Positions 33,446 to 41,790 of a DNA stretch of 64,000 nt are shown here, one piece after another. Each line of letters starts with the position of its first letter. Position 1 is the first letter of the stretch. The notes under the pieces were generated by a model. The model did no database searches, was not told where the DNA came from, and was given only the letters and a program-made list of their open reading frames with translations. The position numbers were made by a program, and so were the translations under genes. The DNA is from Bacteriovoracaceae bacterium (GTDB lineage Bacteria; Bdellovibrionota; Bacteriovoracia; Bacteriovoracales; Bacteriovoracaceae), in assembly GCA_965215445.1 (NCBI GenBank), contig CBDCDT010000002.1, positions 1,253,260 to 1,317,259 of the forward strand. Direction: 5' to 3'.

Positions 33446-34053
33446 TTGGGTATTTGAGCGGGGAAATTCTCACTTCCGACGGCGATTCTGCCGTTGTCAA
33501 AACCGCTTCTGGAATTGGTTATCAGGTTTATTTTCAAGGCCGTGTGGAAAGTGGCCAAAAGGTGGGCTGGTACATCTCCTTTATAGTGCGGGAAAATGGC
33601 CATTTCCTCTACGCCTTTCCGGAACTTAGGGATAAAAAACTCTTTGAGGCGCTGGTTGAAATCAAGGGAGTCGGCCCAAAGTCGGCCTATGCCCTATGGG
33701 GCAACCTGGGGTTTGAAGACATTGTGTTTTCGCTACAAAGGGAAGACAAAAAAAAACTCACCCAGGCCCCGGGAATAGGCCCGAAGGCGGCGGCCCAAAT
33801 TTTGTTGGACTTTGGCCCTAAAAGTCAGAAATTGGCCCAATTGATACCCTTGACCTCCGCTCCCCTTAGACCCTCTTTGCGCCAAACGCCTTCCCCCATT
33901 ATCAGCGATGCCCTGATGGCCTTTGCCGAATTGGGTTTTAGAGAAGAGAAAGTGGGGCCGGTTATTCAGCGATTGATGGAGGAGTATTCCGCTTCCGGTC
34001 GCGCCATTACCAAGGCGGAACATTTGGTGGAATTGGCACTCAAGGAATTGTGA
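33442..34053 (+). CDS. ruvA: Holliday junction DNA helicase subunit RuvA
   Basis: MIGYLSGEI...GIGYQVY, the HhH motifs (IKGVGPKSA, APGIGPKAA), and an ATGA overlap with ruvC. Confidence 0.93.
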   Translation: MIGYLSGEILTSDGDSAVVKTASGIGYQVYFQGRVESGQKVGWYISFIVRENGHFLYAFPELRDKKLFEALVEIKGVGPKSAYALWGNLGFEDIVFSLQREDKKKLTQAPGIGPKAAAQILLDFGPKSQKLAQLIPLTSAPLRPSLRQTPSPIISDALMAFAELGFREEKVGPVIQRLMEEYSASGRAITKAEHLVELALKEL

Positions 34054-34054
34054 A

Positions 34055-35041
34055 GTGGAAAATGAGCATCTATTCAGGCCCAACGCCTATAGGAACGAAG
34101 GCCAGACAGAAAGGGGATTGAGGCCGGCCCAGTTTTCCGAATTTGTGGGCCAAAAAAAAGTTCTCGACAATATTAACGTGATGATTGAGTCGGCCAATAT
34201 TCGGGGCCAGGCGATGGATCACTGCTTGCTTTCAGGGCCTCCCGGGTTGGGAAAAACTTCGTTGGCGATGATTATCGCCAGGGAATTGGGAAGCGAGCTT
34301 CAAGTTATTTCCGGGCCGGCACTCGACAAAAAGGGAGATTTGGCGGCCATTTTAGGACAGCTTGCCCCTCGGGACGTTCTCTTTATCGACGAGATTCACC
34401 GCCTGCACATCGCCGTCGAAGAAGTGCTCTATTCGGCGATGGAAGATTTTAGGCTGGACATCGTTTTGGGCCAGGGTGTGGCGGCCCGAACCATGCGCAT
34501 AGAACTTGCACCCTTTACCTTGATTGGTGCCACCACTCGCTCCGGGCTTTTATCCAATCCCCTGCGCACGCGCTTTATGGCCAACCTGCACTTCGATTTT
34601 TATCAAACGCAAGATTTGGTTCGCATTGTCGAATTAAACGCTCAAAAATTGGGTGTCAAACTCGCCCCCAACGCCGCTCTTCACATTGCCCAGTGCGGGC
34701 GGGGAACACCCCGTATCGCCAACCGCATCCTGCGCCGGGTGAGGGATTTTGCTCTAGTGGACGGAACCAATCAACTGGGCAAAGAGCAGGTGGAAAAATC
34801 TCTCTCCACCATGGACATTGACCGCTACGGACTCGACCGGATGGATCGCAAAATCTTAAATGTTATTAAGGACTATTATTCCGGCGGCCCGGTGGGCATC
34901 GAGGCCCTGTGTGCAACACTGGCCGAAGATCGGGTGACCATTGAAGACGTCTTTGAGCCGTACCTTCTCAAAGAAGGGCTTTTAGTGCGTACCCCCAGAG
35001 GCAGGGAGATCACCGATAAGGCGAGAAATTACCTTATATAA
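34055..35041 (+). CDS. ruvB: Holliday junction DNA helicase RuvB
   Basis: LRPAQFSEFVGQ, Walker A GPPGLGKTS, Walker B LFIDEIHRL, and the RGTPRIANRILRRVRD sensor region. Confidence 0.95.
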   Translation: MENEHLFRPNAYRNEGQTERGLRPAQFSEFVGQKKVLDNINVMIESANIRGQAMDHCLLSGPPGLGKTSLAMIIARELGSELQVISGPALDKKGDLAAILGQLAPRDVLFIDEIHRLHIAVEEVLYSAMEDFRLDIVLGQGVAARTMRIELAPFTLIGATTRSGLLSNPLRTRFMANLHFDFYQTQDLVRIVELNAQKLGVKLAPNAALHIAQCGRGTPRIANRILRRVRDFALVDGTNQLGKEQVEKSLSTMDIDRYGLDRMDRKILNVIKDYYSGGPVGIEALCATLAEDRVTIEDVFEPYLLKEGLLVRTPRGREITDKARNYLI

Positions 35042-35192
35042 ACAGCACTTATTTAAAAAAAGTTATGTAAGTTTGTTCTTTTAAGAAATTTTTTTTCTTT
35101 CGGACTTGACCGAAAACAATTGATGGAAGAGACTTTCTTGGCGCTGGTAAACGCCAGATGCTTGAAAATTCACCATCCATAAGGAGGACACC

Positions 35193-36005
35193 GTGAAAAT
35201 CTTGACCAATCTCTTGTTCGCTTTTTCCCTGCTCTTTTCCATTTATGCCCGAGGCGATGAGGCCCGTAACGACAGGGCCGCAAAAACTGTAGAAAAGAGA
35301 CTGTTTGGGGTTAATCCGATGGCCCGTTCCGGGAACGACGACGGTGGTCTTTATCTCTCCGTAGACTTTGGTTCCGCACAAGTTGGCGAAGACCCGGTCA
35401 ACGAGTTTGGTGTTTATGGCGGTCAGGGAACCCGTGCAGGTACGATTCCCATCGACAACCAGGGAGTTTTTGGCGACATTGGTGCCAATCTGGGGTTTCA
35501 ACAAGTACTTACAGACGGTATTAGCGTTCGTGTTGAAGGTGGCTATCGCTGGATGCGCTTTGATTTAAACAATCCCACCTATTCTCACATTGAGGTGGCC
35601 CCCGTTCCTCTCGATTTGGTCAACGACTTGATTCAGATTGATGGAGACGTTGAGTTGAGAGGCCCTCGCGGAGGTGTTTTCCTGGATTTGGGGATGGGCA
35701 ATTCGGGAAGTTTTGCCTACGTCGGTTCCAGCTTTGGTCTGGTTAATGTCGCTGGTCAATACAACGCGACAATCGGCCCCGATATTTCCATATCCATGGA
35801 CGATGACACCACGACGACAATGCTGTCTTGGGAAGCGGGAATAGTGGCCCGGCTTGGCAGTCGCGTGGGCGTGCGCTTGGGTTATGAGTGGACTCGCATC
35901 AGTGATTTTGATTGGAGAACCATGACAAATGGCTCTCTTAGTGTCACTCCCGGTGATCGACACATGCTCAAGCTCGGCCTGTTCCACTTTTTCCGCAGAA
36001 GATAA
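35193..36005 (+). CDS. OMP-like beta-barrel protein, novel family, paralog A1
   Basis: GTG start 6 nt after AAGGAGG. Signal peptide KILTNLLFAFSLLFSIYA. Alternating beta-strand pattern with family motifs RVEGGYRWMRFDL, GPRGGVFLDL, FAYVGSSFGLVN, DRH, and C-terminus LFHFFRRR. Confidence 0.75.
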   Translation: MKILTNLLFAFSLLFSIYARGDEARNDRAAKTVEKRLFGVNPMARSGNDDGGLYLSVDFGSAQVGEDPVNEFGVYGGQGTRAGTIPIDNQGVFGDIGANLGFQQVLTDGISVRVEGGYRWMRFDLNNPTYSHIEVAPVPLDLVNDLIQIDGDVELRGPRGGVFLDLGMGNSGSFAYVGSSFGLVNVAGQYNATIGPDISISMDDDTTTTMLSWEAGIVARLGSRVGVRLGYEWTRISDFDWRTMTNGSLSVTPGDRHMLKLGLFHFFRRR

Positions 36006-36035
36006 CGAACTCGAAGACTCATATTTTTAAGTTTT

Positions 36036-36065
36036 ACGGCCACTCTTTGCAGTGGCCGTTTTTTG
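36036..36065 (+). terminator. Rho-independent terminator of A1
   Basis: ACGGCCACT-CTTTGC-AGTGGCCGT followed by TTTTT. Confidence 0.8.
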
Positions 36066-36130
36066 CTTGACGGGTGTGCGTAAAAAAGAGACACTGTTAA
36101 AGTCGTCTGCAATGCACAAGGAGGTTTTTT

Positions 36131-36916
36131 GTGAGAATTTTAACGACTCTTTTTTTTGCCTTTTCTTTCCTTTGTTCCGTTCATGCCGAAAAAGAATCCA
36201 GCAATGCCGAGGCGGTCAAAGTTCTCAAACGCAGGCTTTTTGAATCTAATCCCGACGGTGGCCTTTATATTTCCATCGACTTTGGTGCCAGACAGATGGG
36301 AGAAGGCCCGGTCAACAGCTTTAGCACTGATACCGATGAGGGCGTGCGCGCAGGCACGGTTCCCATCGACAATCGGGGTGTTTTTGGCGACTTAGGAGTC
36401 ACTGTCGGCCATCAGGCGGCGGTATCAAACAGACTCAGTTTTCGCGCCGAAGGTGGCCTGCGCTGGATGCGCTTTGATCTGGACAACCCGGTTTATTCCC
36501 GCGTTGACTTTGCCCCCGTACCCTTGGCATTAATCAACGAAATGGTTCAATTTGAAGGGACTGCCGAGGCCAGGGGAATGCGCATGGGCGCTTTTCTCGA
36601 TCTTCACTACGGCAATTCCGGGAGCTTTGCCTACGTCGGTTCCAGTTATGGCCTGGTCAATATGTCCGCCCAGTACAACCTCTCCGTCGGAGATAGGGGA
36701 AGTGCGCTGGACGACAGTCATTACATCAATCTAAAACCCGGTTTTGAAGCGGGAACAGTCATCCGCTTTGGGCGTACGGGTTTGCGGATAGGCTACGAGC
36801 TGACCCGCTTTGGCCAGGTTGACCTGACAACCAATGGCGGTAGTCCACTCGCTGTCATGCTCGGCAATCGACATATGCTTAAAGTCGGTCTTTTCCACTT
36901 CTTTCGCAAAAGATAG
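36131..36916 (+). CDS. OMP-like beta-barrel protein, paralog A2
   Basis: GTG start after AAGGAGG. Signal peptide RILTTLFFAFSFLCSVHA. Motifs RAEGGLRWMRFDL, FAYVGSSYGLVN, NRH, and C-terminus LFHFFRKR. Confidence 0.75.
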   Translation: MRILTTLFFAFSFLCSVHAEKESSNAEAVKVLKRRLFESNPDGGLYISIDFGARQMGEGPVNSFSTDTDEGVRAGTVPIDNRGVFGDLGVTVGHQAAVSNRLSFRAEGGLRWMRFDLDNPVYSRVDFAPVPLALINEMVQFEGTAEARGMRMGAFLDLHYGNSGSFAYVGSSYGLVNMSAQYNLSVGDRGSALDDSHYINLKPGFEAGTVIRFGRTGLRIGYELTRFGQVDLTTNGGSPLAVMLGNRHMLKVGLFHFFRKR

Positions 36917-36946
36917 TTTTTTAAAATACTCGGTTTTATAAATCTC

Positions 36947-36982
36947 ACGGCCATTCTGCTCAAAGAGTGGCCGTTTTTTTTT
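36947..36982 (+). terminator. Rho-independent terminator of A2
   Basis: ACGGCCATTCT-GCTCAA-AGAGTGGCCGT followed by T9. Confidence 0.8.
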
Positions 36983-37081
36983 GAAATTTTTTTCTTTTTT
37001 GCTTGACGTGAACGCACATGGCAAGGGAAACTATTTAGGCAACCTTGGACGTTGCTATTGCTCACAATTAAGGAGGCCATC

Positions 37082-37903
37082 GTGAGAATTCTGTCTACTA
37101 TCCTGTTCACTTTTTCTCTGCTCTTTTCCGCTCACGCCCGAGATGAAGAACCCAAAAATGCTGAAGCAGTTAAAGCTGTAAAGCGCAACCTGTTTGGAGT
37201 TAACCCCTTGGCAAGAGGCGGCAGCGGCGGCGGTCTTTACGTTTCCGTTGACTTCGGTTCACGACAAATGGGTGAAGACCCGGTCAACAACTTCAGTGCC
37301 GTCGGTGACGATGGTACGCGCGAAGGAACAGTCCCCATCCACAACCGCAGCGCCTTTGCCGACCTTGTAGGTGGCGATATGGCGGCCAGCATGGGTTATC
37401 AAGCGGCAATTTCTGGCGGTGCGAGTTTTCGCGTGGAAGGCGGTTATCGCTATATGCGTTTTGACCTCGACAATCCTTCTTATACCCGCTTTGACTTCGC
37501 TCCCATCTCTCTCGACCAGCTCAACCAATTGGTGGAGTTTTCGGGAACTGCCGAAGCGAGTGGATTTCGCGGAGGTGCTTTCCTCGACCTTCACCTCGGA
37601 GATTCGGGAAGCTTTATTTATGTCGGTTCCACTTATGGCCTTCTCAACGTGGCCGCCCAATACGATTTGGCGATTGGCTCCCAAGGTGCATCGCTGGATG
37701 ACAACAACAACGCAAGCGTGATGACCGGCGAAGTGGGAACAGTGATTCGCTTTGGTGGCCGTACAGGTCTGCGCATTGGCTATGAGCTTACCCGCTTTGG
37801 CCAGGTTGATCTTACCACCACTGACGGCAGCGCTTTGGCGGTTACTCCCGGCAATCGCCACATGGTCAAGATTGGCCTTTTTCACTTCTTCCGCCGAAGA
37901 TAA
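37082..37903 (+). CDS. OMP-like beta-barrel protein, paralog A3
   Basis: GTG at 37082, 6 nt after AAGGAGG (the ORF-track start 37052 is upstream of the SD). Signal peptide RILSTILFTFSLLFSAHA. Motifs RVEGGYRYMRFDL, FIYVGSTYGLLN, NRH, and LFHFFRRR. Confidence 0.75.
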   Translation: MRILSTILFTFSLLFSAHARDEEPKNAEAVKAVKRNLFGVNPLARGGSGGGLYVSVDFGSRQMGEDPVNNFSAVGDDGTREGTVPIHNRSAFADLVGGDMAASMGYQAAISGGASFRVEGGYRYMRFDLDNPSYTRFDFAPISLDQLNQLVEFSGTAEASGFRGGAFLDLHLGDSGSFIYVGSTYGLLNVAAQYDLAIGSQGASLDDNNNASVMTGEVGTVIRFGGRTGLRIGYELTRFGQVDLTTTDGSALAVTPGNRHMVKIGLFHFFRRR

Positions 37904-37936
37904 TCTCTCAAAAAGAGAAGTCGATAAATCTTAAAA

Positions 37937-37968
37937 ATGGCCGCTGCTTGCAGTGGCCGTTTTTTTTT
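37937..37968 (+). terminator. Rho-independent terminator of A3
   Basis: ATGGCCGCTG-CTTG-CAGTGGCCGT followed by T9. It lies inside the 5' end of the ORF-track call for the deaminase, so the deaminase start was moved to 37985. Confidence 0.8.
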
Positions 37969-37984
37969 GCTAATACCCACATTG

Positions 37985-38497
37985 ATGAATAAAACGCCCT
38001 CCACTCCCCGAACTCCTCCCGGTTGGGACGAATATTTTATGCTTCAGGCATTGATCGTCTCGCTCAGGAGCAAAGACCCCAGCACTCAGGTCGGTGCGGT
38101 CTTTGTCGATGCCGACAACCGCCAAATCGGGATGGGCTACAACGGCTTCGTGGCGGGAATCGACGAATCCCAGTTGCCCTGGGGAAAGGGGCAAGATGCC
38201 AAGCTGGAAGAGACGAAATACGCCTACGTCGTTCACGCCGAGGCCAATGCCATTTTACAGGCCAGGCACTCCCTGAAAGATTCTCGTTGCTATGTGACCC
38301 TTTTTCCCTGCAACGAGTGCGCCAAACTCATCGCCACCGCCAAAATCAGTGAAGTCATCTACCTTTCCGACGGCCGGGACGAGGCGAACGCCCGCATCAC
38401 CAAAAAAATTCTCTCCCTCTCGGGGGTTAAATGCCGCCAATTCTCCCTCTCGACCCATCTGATTTCAGAGGTTTGTGAGCGCCTGAAAAATCTATGA
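37985..38497 (+). CDS. dCMP deaminase (ComEB-type cytidine/deoxycytidylate deaminase)
   Basis: WDEYFM..A...S.RSKDPSTQVGAV, the zinc motifs HAEANAI and PCNECAKLI. The present C-terminus (LKNL) is encoded by cassette DNA (see findings). Confidence 0.88.
   Translation: MNKTPSTPRTPPGWDEYFMLQALIVSLRSKDPSTQVGAVFVDADNRQIGMGYNGFVAGIDESQLPWGKGQDAKLEETKYAYVVHAEANAILQARHSLKDSRCYVTLFPCNECAKLIATAKISEVIYLSDGRDEANARITKKILSLSGVKCRQFSLSTHLISEVCERLKNL
38467..38484 (+). repeat. Left copy of the 18-bp direct repeat flanking the hicAB cassette
   Basis: AGAGGTTTGTGAGCGCCT, identical to 39140-39157. Confidence 0.9.
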
Positions 38498-38673
38498 AAA
38501 AAAGAGATTTGGAGCATTATCTCAAAAGTTTAGGTTGGGTACTGGAAAGAGAAGGTTCTCGGCATGAGGTGTGGAGTAAGGGCAGAGGAAAAATTGCCGT
38601 TCCAAGGCATCGAGAAATCAGAGAGGGAACGGCCAAGAAAATTATGAAACAGGCAAAAGGCCATTTCTGTTGA
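38494..38673 (+). CDS. hicA: HicA-family mRNA interferase toxin (59 aa, below the ORF-track cutoff)
   Basis: MKKRDLEHYLKSLGWVLEREGSRHEVWSKGRGKIAVPRHREIREGTAKKIMKQAKGHFC shows the YcfA/HicA pattern (L...G.....GS.H......-.VPrH.ei..GT...I.kQA). Its ATG overlaps the deaminase TGA (ATGA). Confidence 0.85.
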   Translation: MKKRDLEHYLKSLGWVLEREGSRHEVWSKGRGKIAVPRHREIREGTAKKIMKQAKGHFC

Positions 38674-38698
38674 CATTCTATAAATTCTTTTGTATACT
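38670..38698 (+). promoter_or_regulatory. Sigma70-type promoter internal to the hicAB cassette
   Basis: TTGACA (38670-38675, overlapping the hicA stop), a 17-nt spacer, then TATACT (38693-38698). Confidence 0.6.
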
Positions 38699-38722
38699 AA
38701 TAAGTATATTTCGGAGGTGGCC

Positions 38723-39139
38723 ATGAAAATACAAGGCAGGTTGGTCAAAGAGAAGGGAGAAAAGTGTTGGGGAGTCGAGATTCCTGCAATAGGGGTTTAC
38801 ACTCAAGGAAAGACAAAAAAAGATGCGTATGACATGGCCAAAGACGCAATAGAAATTTTGGTGAATAAAGACGATTTTAAGGTAGAGATTGAACCTGGAC
38901 GCAATTCAGATTTCTTCATTATTCCCAGTAAAATAGGCCCTATTTTATCCCTCATTTTAAAACAAAAAAGAATTGACAGGGGGCTGACCATTGAAAAAGT
39001 CGTCGAAAACCTTGGCCAGACTTCTCAAAATGCTTACTGGCGTTATGAATCTGGGGCGAGTTCTCCAAGTTTTGAAAAATTTGACCAAATTCTAAAGGCG
39101 ATCAACCCGAAATCTTCGGCGGTTTTAATCATCTCATAG
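38723..39139 (+). CDS. hicB: HicB-family antitoxin with a C-terminal XRE-type HTH
   Basis: GGAGG lies 7 nt upstream of the ATG. The N-terminal HicB fold pattern is (W)GVEIPAIGVYTQGKTKKDAYDMAKDAIE, and the C-terminal HTH is LKQKRIDRGLTIEKVVENLGQTSQNAYWRYESG. Confidence 0.85.
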   Translation: MKIQGRLVKEKGEKCWGVEIPAIGVYTQGKTKKDAYDMAKDAIEILVNKDDFKVEIEPGRNSDFFIIPSKIGPILSLILKQKRIDRGLTIEKVVENLGQTSQNAYWRYESGASSPSFEKFDQILKAINPKSSAVLIIS

Positions 39140-39157
39140 AGAGGTTTGTGAGCGCCT
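39140..39157 (+). repeat. Right copy of the 18-bp direct repeat, followed by the orphaned original deaminase 3' end
   Basis: AGAGGTTTGTGAGCGCCT starts at the base after the hicB stop. In the deaminase frame it reads on to ...EVCERLQGI-TGA (39168-39170). Confidence 0.9.
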
Positions 39158-39222
39158 TCAGGGCATTTGACACAAACTCGCCTTTCAGGGTAGAAGTTTG
39201 ACTCTAAAGGTCAGTGAATAAT

Positions 39223-40056
39223 ATGAAATTCTTTTTTGCTCTTTTTCTCATTCTGCTTTTCCATCCACTCTTTGCCCAATCTGCTGGGCCACCAGAGGGA
39301 ATCTACTTTTCGGCCGATCTTCGCGCGGGCCTTACGGGTGGGGCAAGGGGTGACTCTCAGGGCGGTTTGTTTCTGGTTGGAAAAACGAGTTCTGGTTTGA
39401 GGCAAGATGTGGGAATTGTGGGTTCGGTGTTTGGCCTCTACAGGAGATTCGTTGGGGACAACTTGCCTGTTACGCTAGACCCGGGCGACCTGGATTTTCA
39501 TGTTGGTTTCAAAAAATTTTTTTCAAGTCCTGCTGCAAAACAACGGGTGGGAATGCGCTTTGAGGGCGGCCTTAAATGGATGCGTACCGAATTGGGCACT
39601 CCCGTTCCTTTTCTTTCCAGGGAGCAACTGTCTTCCACCTCTTTTTCAGAATTTTTGCAGCAGTTTGAAATTAAAATAGAGGGTGAAGCGCACATTTTTG
39701 GTCCTCGTGGGGGAATGTTCCTCGATTTGCGTTTGTATGAAACAGACCATTTTGTCTATTTGGGCACTTCCTTTGGGCTGGTGAATTTAGGGCTTGAATA
39801 CGATGTTCACTCCGACCGCCTTCCCCTCACTGCCTCAACCGATGATTCGGCCTGGATTTCCATGTTCCAATACGATGCGGGGCTGGGCATACAACTAAGA
39901 GAGCGCTTAGGCCTAAAATTGGGCTACCAATTTGCAACATTCCAGGACGCTTTGATGGCCACACCTTTTGCCGGCACAATTGAAGCATCTCCCAATAATC
40001 GGCACACCCTAAGAATCAGTTTTGTGCATTGGTTCCGCAGAAAGCAGGCCATTTGA
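39223..40056 (+). CDS. OMP-like beta-barrel protein, paralog B1 (divergent subfamily)
   Basis: Signal peptide MKFFFALFLILLFHPLFAQ. Motifs RFEGGLKWMRTEL, GPRGGMFLDL, FVYLGTSFGLVN, NRH, and C-terminus VHWFRRKQAI. Confidence 0.7.
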   Translation: MKFFFALFLILLFHPLFAQSAGPPEGIYFSADLRAGLTGGARGDSQGGLFLVGKTSSGLRQDVGIVGSVFGLYRRFVGDNLPVTLDPGDLDFHVGFKKFFSSPAAKQRVGMRFEGGLKWMRTELGTPVPFLSREQLSSTSFSEFLQQFEIKIEGEAHIFGPRGGMFLDLRLYETDHFVYLGTSFGLVNLGLEYDVHSDRLPLTASTDDSAWISMFQYDAGLGIQLRERLGLKLGYQFATFQDALMATPFAGTIEASPNNRHTLRISFVHWFRRKQAI

Positions 40057-40118
40057 CAAAGGCCCGGGCCTCGGGGTAAAAAATGATCTCCCTATCCACC
40101 AAAACAAAAGGAAATGGT

Positions 40119-40961
40119 ATGAAATTCTCTTATTTCGTCCTGATGGCCCTGCTTTTCGCTCCAGTTTTTGCCCAGTCCAACGAACCGCCGGAGGGATTTT
40201 ACTTCTCGATGGGTTTCCACACTCCACCCATGAGTGGCAAATCCAACCCCGATTCCGAGGGGCGCGTTTTTCTCGTCGGAGAGATCAGTCCTTTGGCGGC
40301 CACGGAATTTGGAGTGGCCAATTCAAAGTTCGGCCTCTCTGAAACTCGCGAAGGGGGAAATGCTCCCATCGCCATGAACTTGAACGATCTGGATTTCAAT
40401 ATCGGTTTTAAAAGGCTTTCTTCCAAAGTGGGTTTGAATGACCGGCGCATAGGGCTTCGTATTGAGGGCGGCGTTAAGTGGTTGCGCACCAACTTGGGGA
40501 TTCCAACACCCATTGGGGAGGGCCTAGAAGTGGCCCCCATGTTTATCGAAGAACTCTTCGAGGAACTCGAGATTAAAATGAATGGAAGGGCCAGTATGCT
40601 CGGCGTTCGTGGAGGGGTTTTTGTCGATTGGCATCTGACCAACTCCGATCACTTTGTCTACTTGGGAACTTCTCTGGGGTTGGTAAATTTGGGATTGGAG
40701 TACACGATACATGCTCCCGACCCCTTGTTGTCTGCTTTTAGCACGGAAGATTCGGGACTAACTTCTATGCTCCAGTATGATGCCGGAATGGGTTTTCAAC
40801 TGGGTAAACGCTTAGGCCTGAAGGTGGGTTATGAATTTTCAAAATTTAAGGGAGCCGGCCTGGTGACGCCTTTTAGTCTCGCTTTGGGCAAAGTTGATGT
40901 AACTCCCACCAACCGGCACACCGTAAAAATCAGTCTTTTACACTGGTTCCGCAGGCGGTAA
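40119..40961 (+). CDS. OMP-like beta-barrel protein, paralog B2
   Basis: Signal peptide MKFSYFVLMALLFAPVFAQ. Motifs RIEGGVKWLRTNL, GVRGGVFVDW, FVYLGTSLGLVN, NRH, and C-terminus LHWFRRR. Confidence 0.7.
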   Translation: MKFSYFVLMALLFAPVFAQSNEPPEGFYFSMGFHTPPMSGKSNPDSEGRVFLVGEISPLAATEFGVANSKFGLSETREGGNAPIAMNLNDLDFNIGFKRLSSKVGLNDRRIGLRIEGGVKWLRTNLGIPTPIGEGLEVAPMFIEELFEELEIKMNGRASMLGVRGGVFVDWHLTNSDHFVYLGTSLGLVNLGLEYTIHAPDPLLSAFSTEDSGLTSMLQYDAGMGFQLGKRLGLKVGYEFSKFKGAGLVTPFSLALGKVDVTPTNRHTVKISLLHWFRRR

Positions 40962-41040
40962 GTTTATCCATTTAAAAAGGCCTAACTTCAGCGCTTAAGG
41001 CCAATCCTCCAACATCCGATAGGGTAACAAGGAGGGCAAA

Positions 41041-41790
41041 ATGAAGTTGAGTCTTTTACAAAACACGTCTTTGGGTTTGTTGACCACAGTTTGCGTTTTG
41101 GCCTGTGATTCTCCTTCTTCTACGCGGAGTAGGGGGGGACGAGGTATCGACCAGAACAACCCGGCCTACGGCGGTGGAACCTTTTCCAATTATAATTCGG
41201 ATTCCCACTACTATTTAAAAAATGCCGGGCAGAGTGGAGACGACCCCTATTTAGACCCCAATCTTTCTCAAGTTCCCGATGAGATTTCCCATTGTTCGTG
41301 GTCGAGGGACGGTTCTAGCGGATATACTTTTTCCAGTGGACATTTTTCTCGTGGGGAAATCGACTCCGTCGAAAAAAATGTCAATTTATGCCAGCACCGG
41401 GGAGAAGAACTCAAAATCTATTTGCAACTCAAACACCCATTTAGAGAGGGAGTGTGTTTATTGCCTACTTTTCACAACGAACAAGACGGCAAACAGGTGA
41501 GCATTGGCAATTTCCGTTGCCAACGCATGACTTCTGACAATACCAAGGCCCAGCTTTATGAGTTGGTCAAAGATCGGGTGGGAATGACCCAATTTCCCGT
41601 CACCGGCGTGATGCTGATGAAAGACAAGCAATACGTCTACCCGCCACCTTATCCGACCCACCCCATTTCCAGTTTGGCGGCCTATGGCCACTGTATTAAG
41701 GAACTGGCGCAAAAGCGCAATCCCAGCTTTTGCATTGCTTTTAAGAACGCCGGGCACTACCTCTACCATCAGTTTCCACAATCACAGTGA
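41041..41790 (+). CDS. Hypothetical lipoprotein
   Basis: Lipobox LTTVCVLAC, 249 aa, several Cys. No known motif. Confidence 0.6.
   Translation: MKLSLLQNTSLGLLTTVCVLACDSPSSTRSRGGRGIDQNNPAYGGGTFSNYNSDSHYYLKNAGQSGDDPYLDPNLSQVPDEISHCSWSRDGSSGYTFSSGHFSRGEIDSVEKNVNLCQHRGEELKIYLQLKHPFREGVCLLPTFHNEQDGKQVSIGNFRCQRMTSDNTKAQLYELVKDRVGMTQFPVTGVMLMKDKQYVYPPPYPTHPISSLAAYGHCIKELAQKRNPSFCIAFKNAGHYLYHQFPQSQ

Noticed and set aside
37045-37062. Sigma54-like TTGGACGTTGCTATTGCT upstream of OMP paralog A3
   Set aside because: The GG-to-GC spacing is one nt longer than the TGGCAC-N5-TTGC consensus, and the element is not conserved upstream of A1 or A2.
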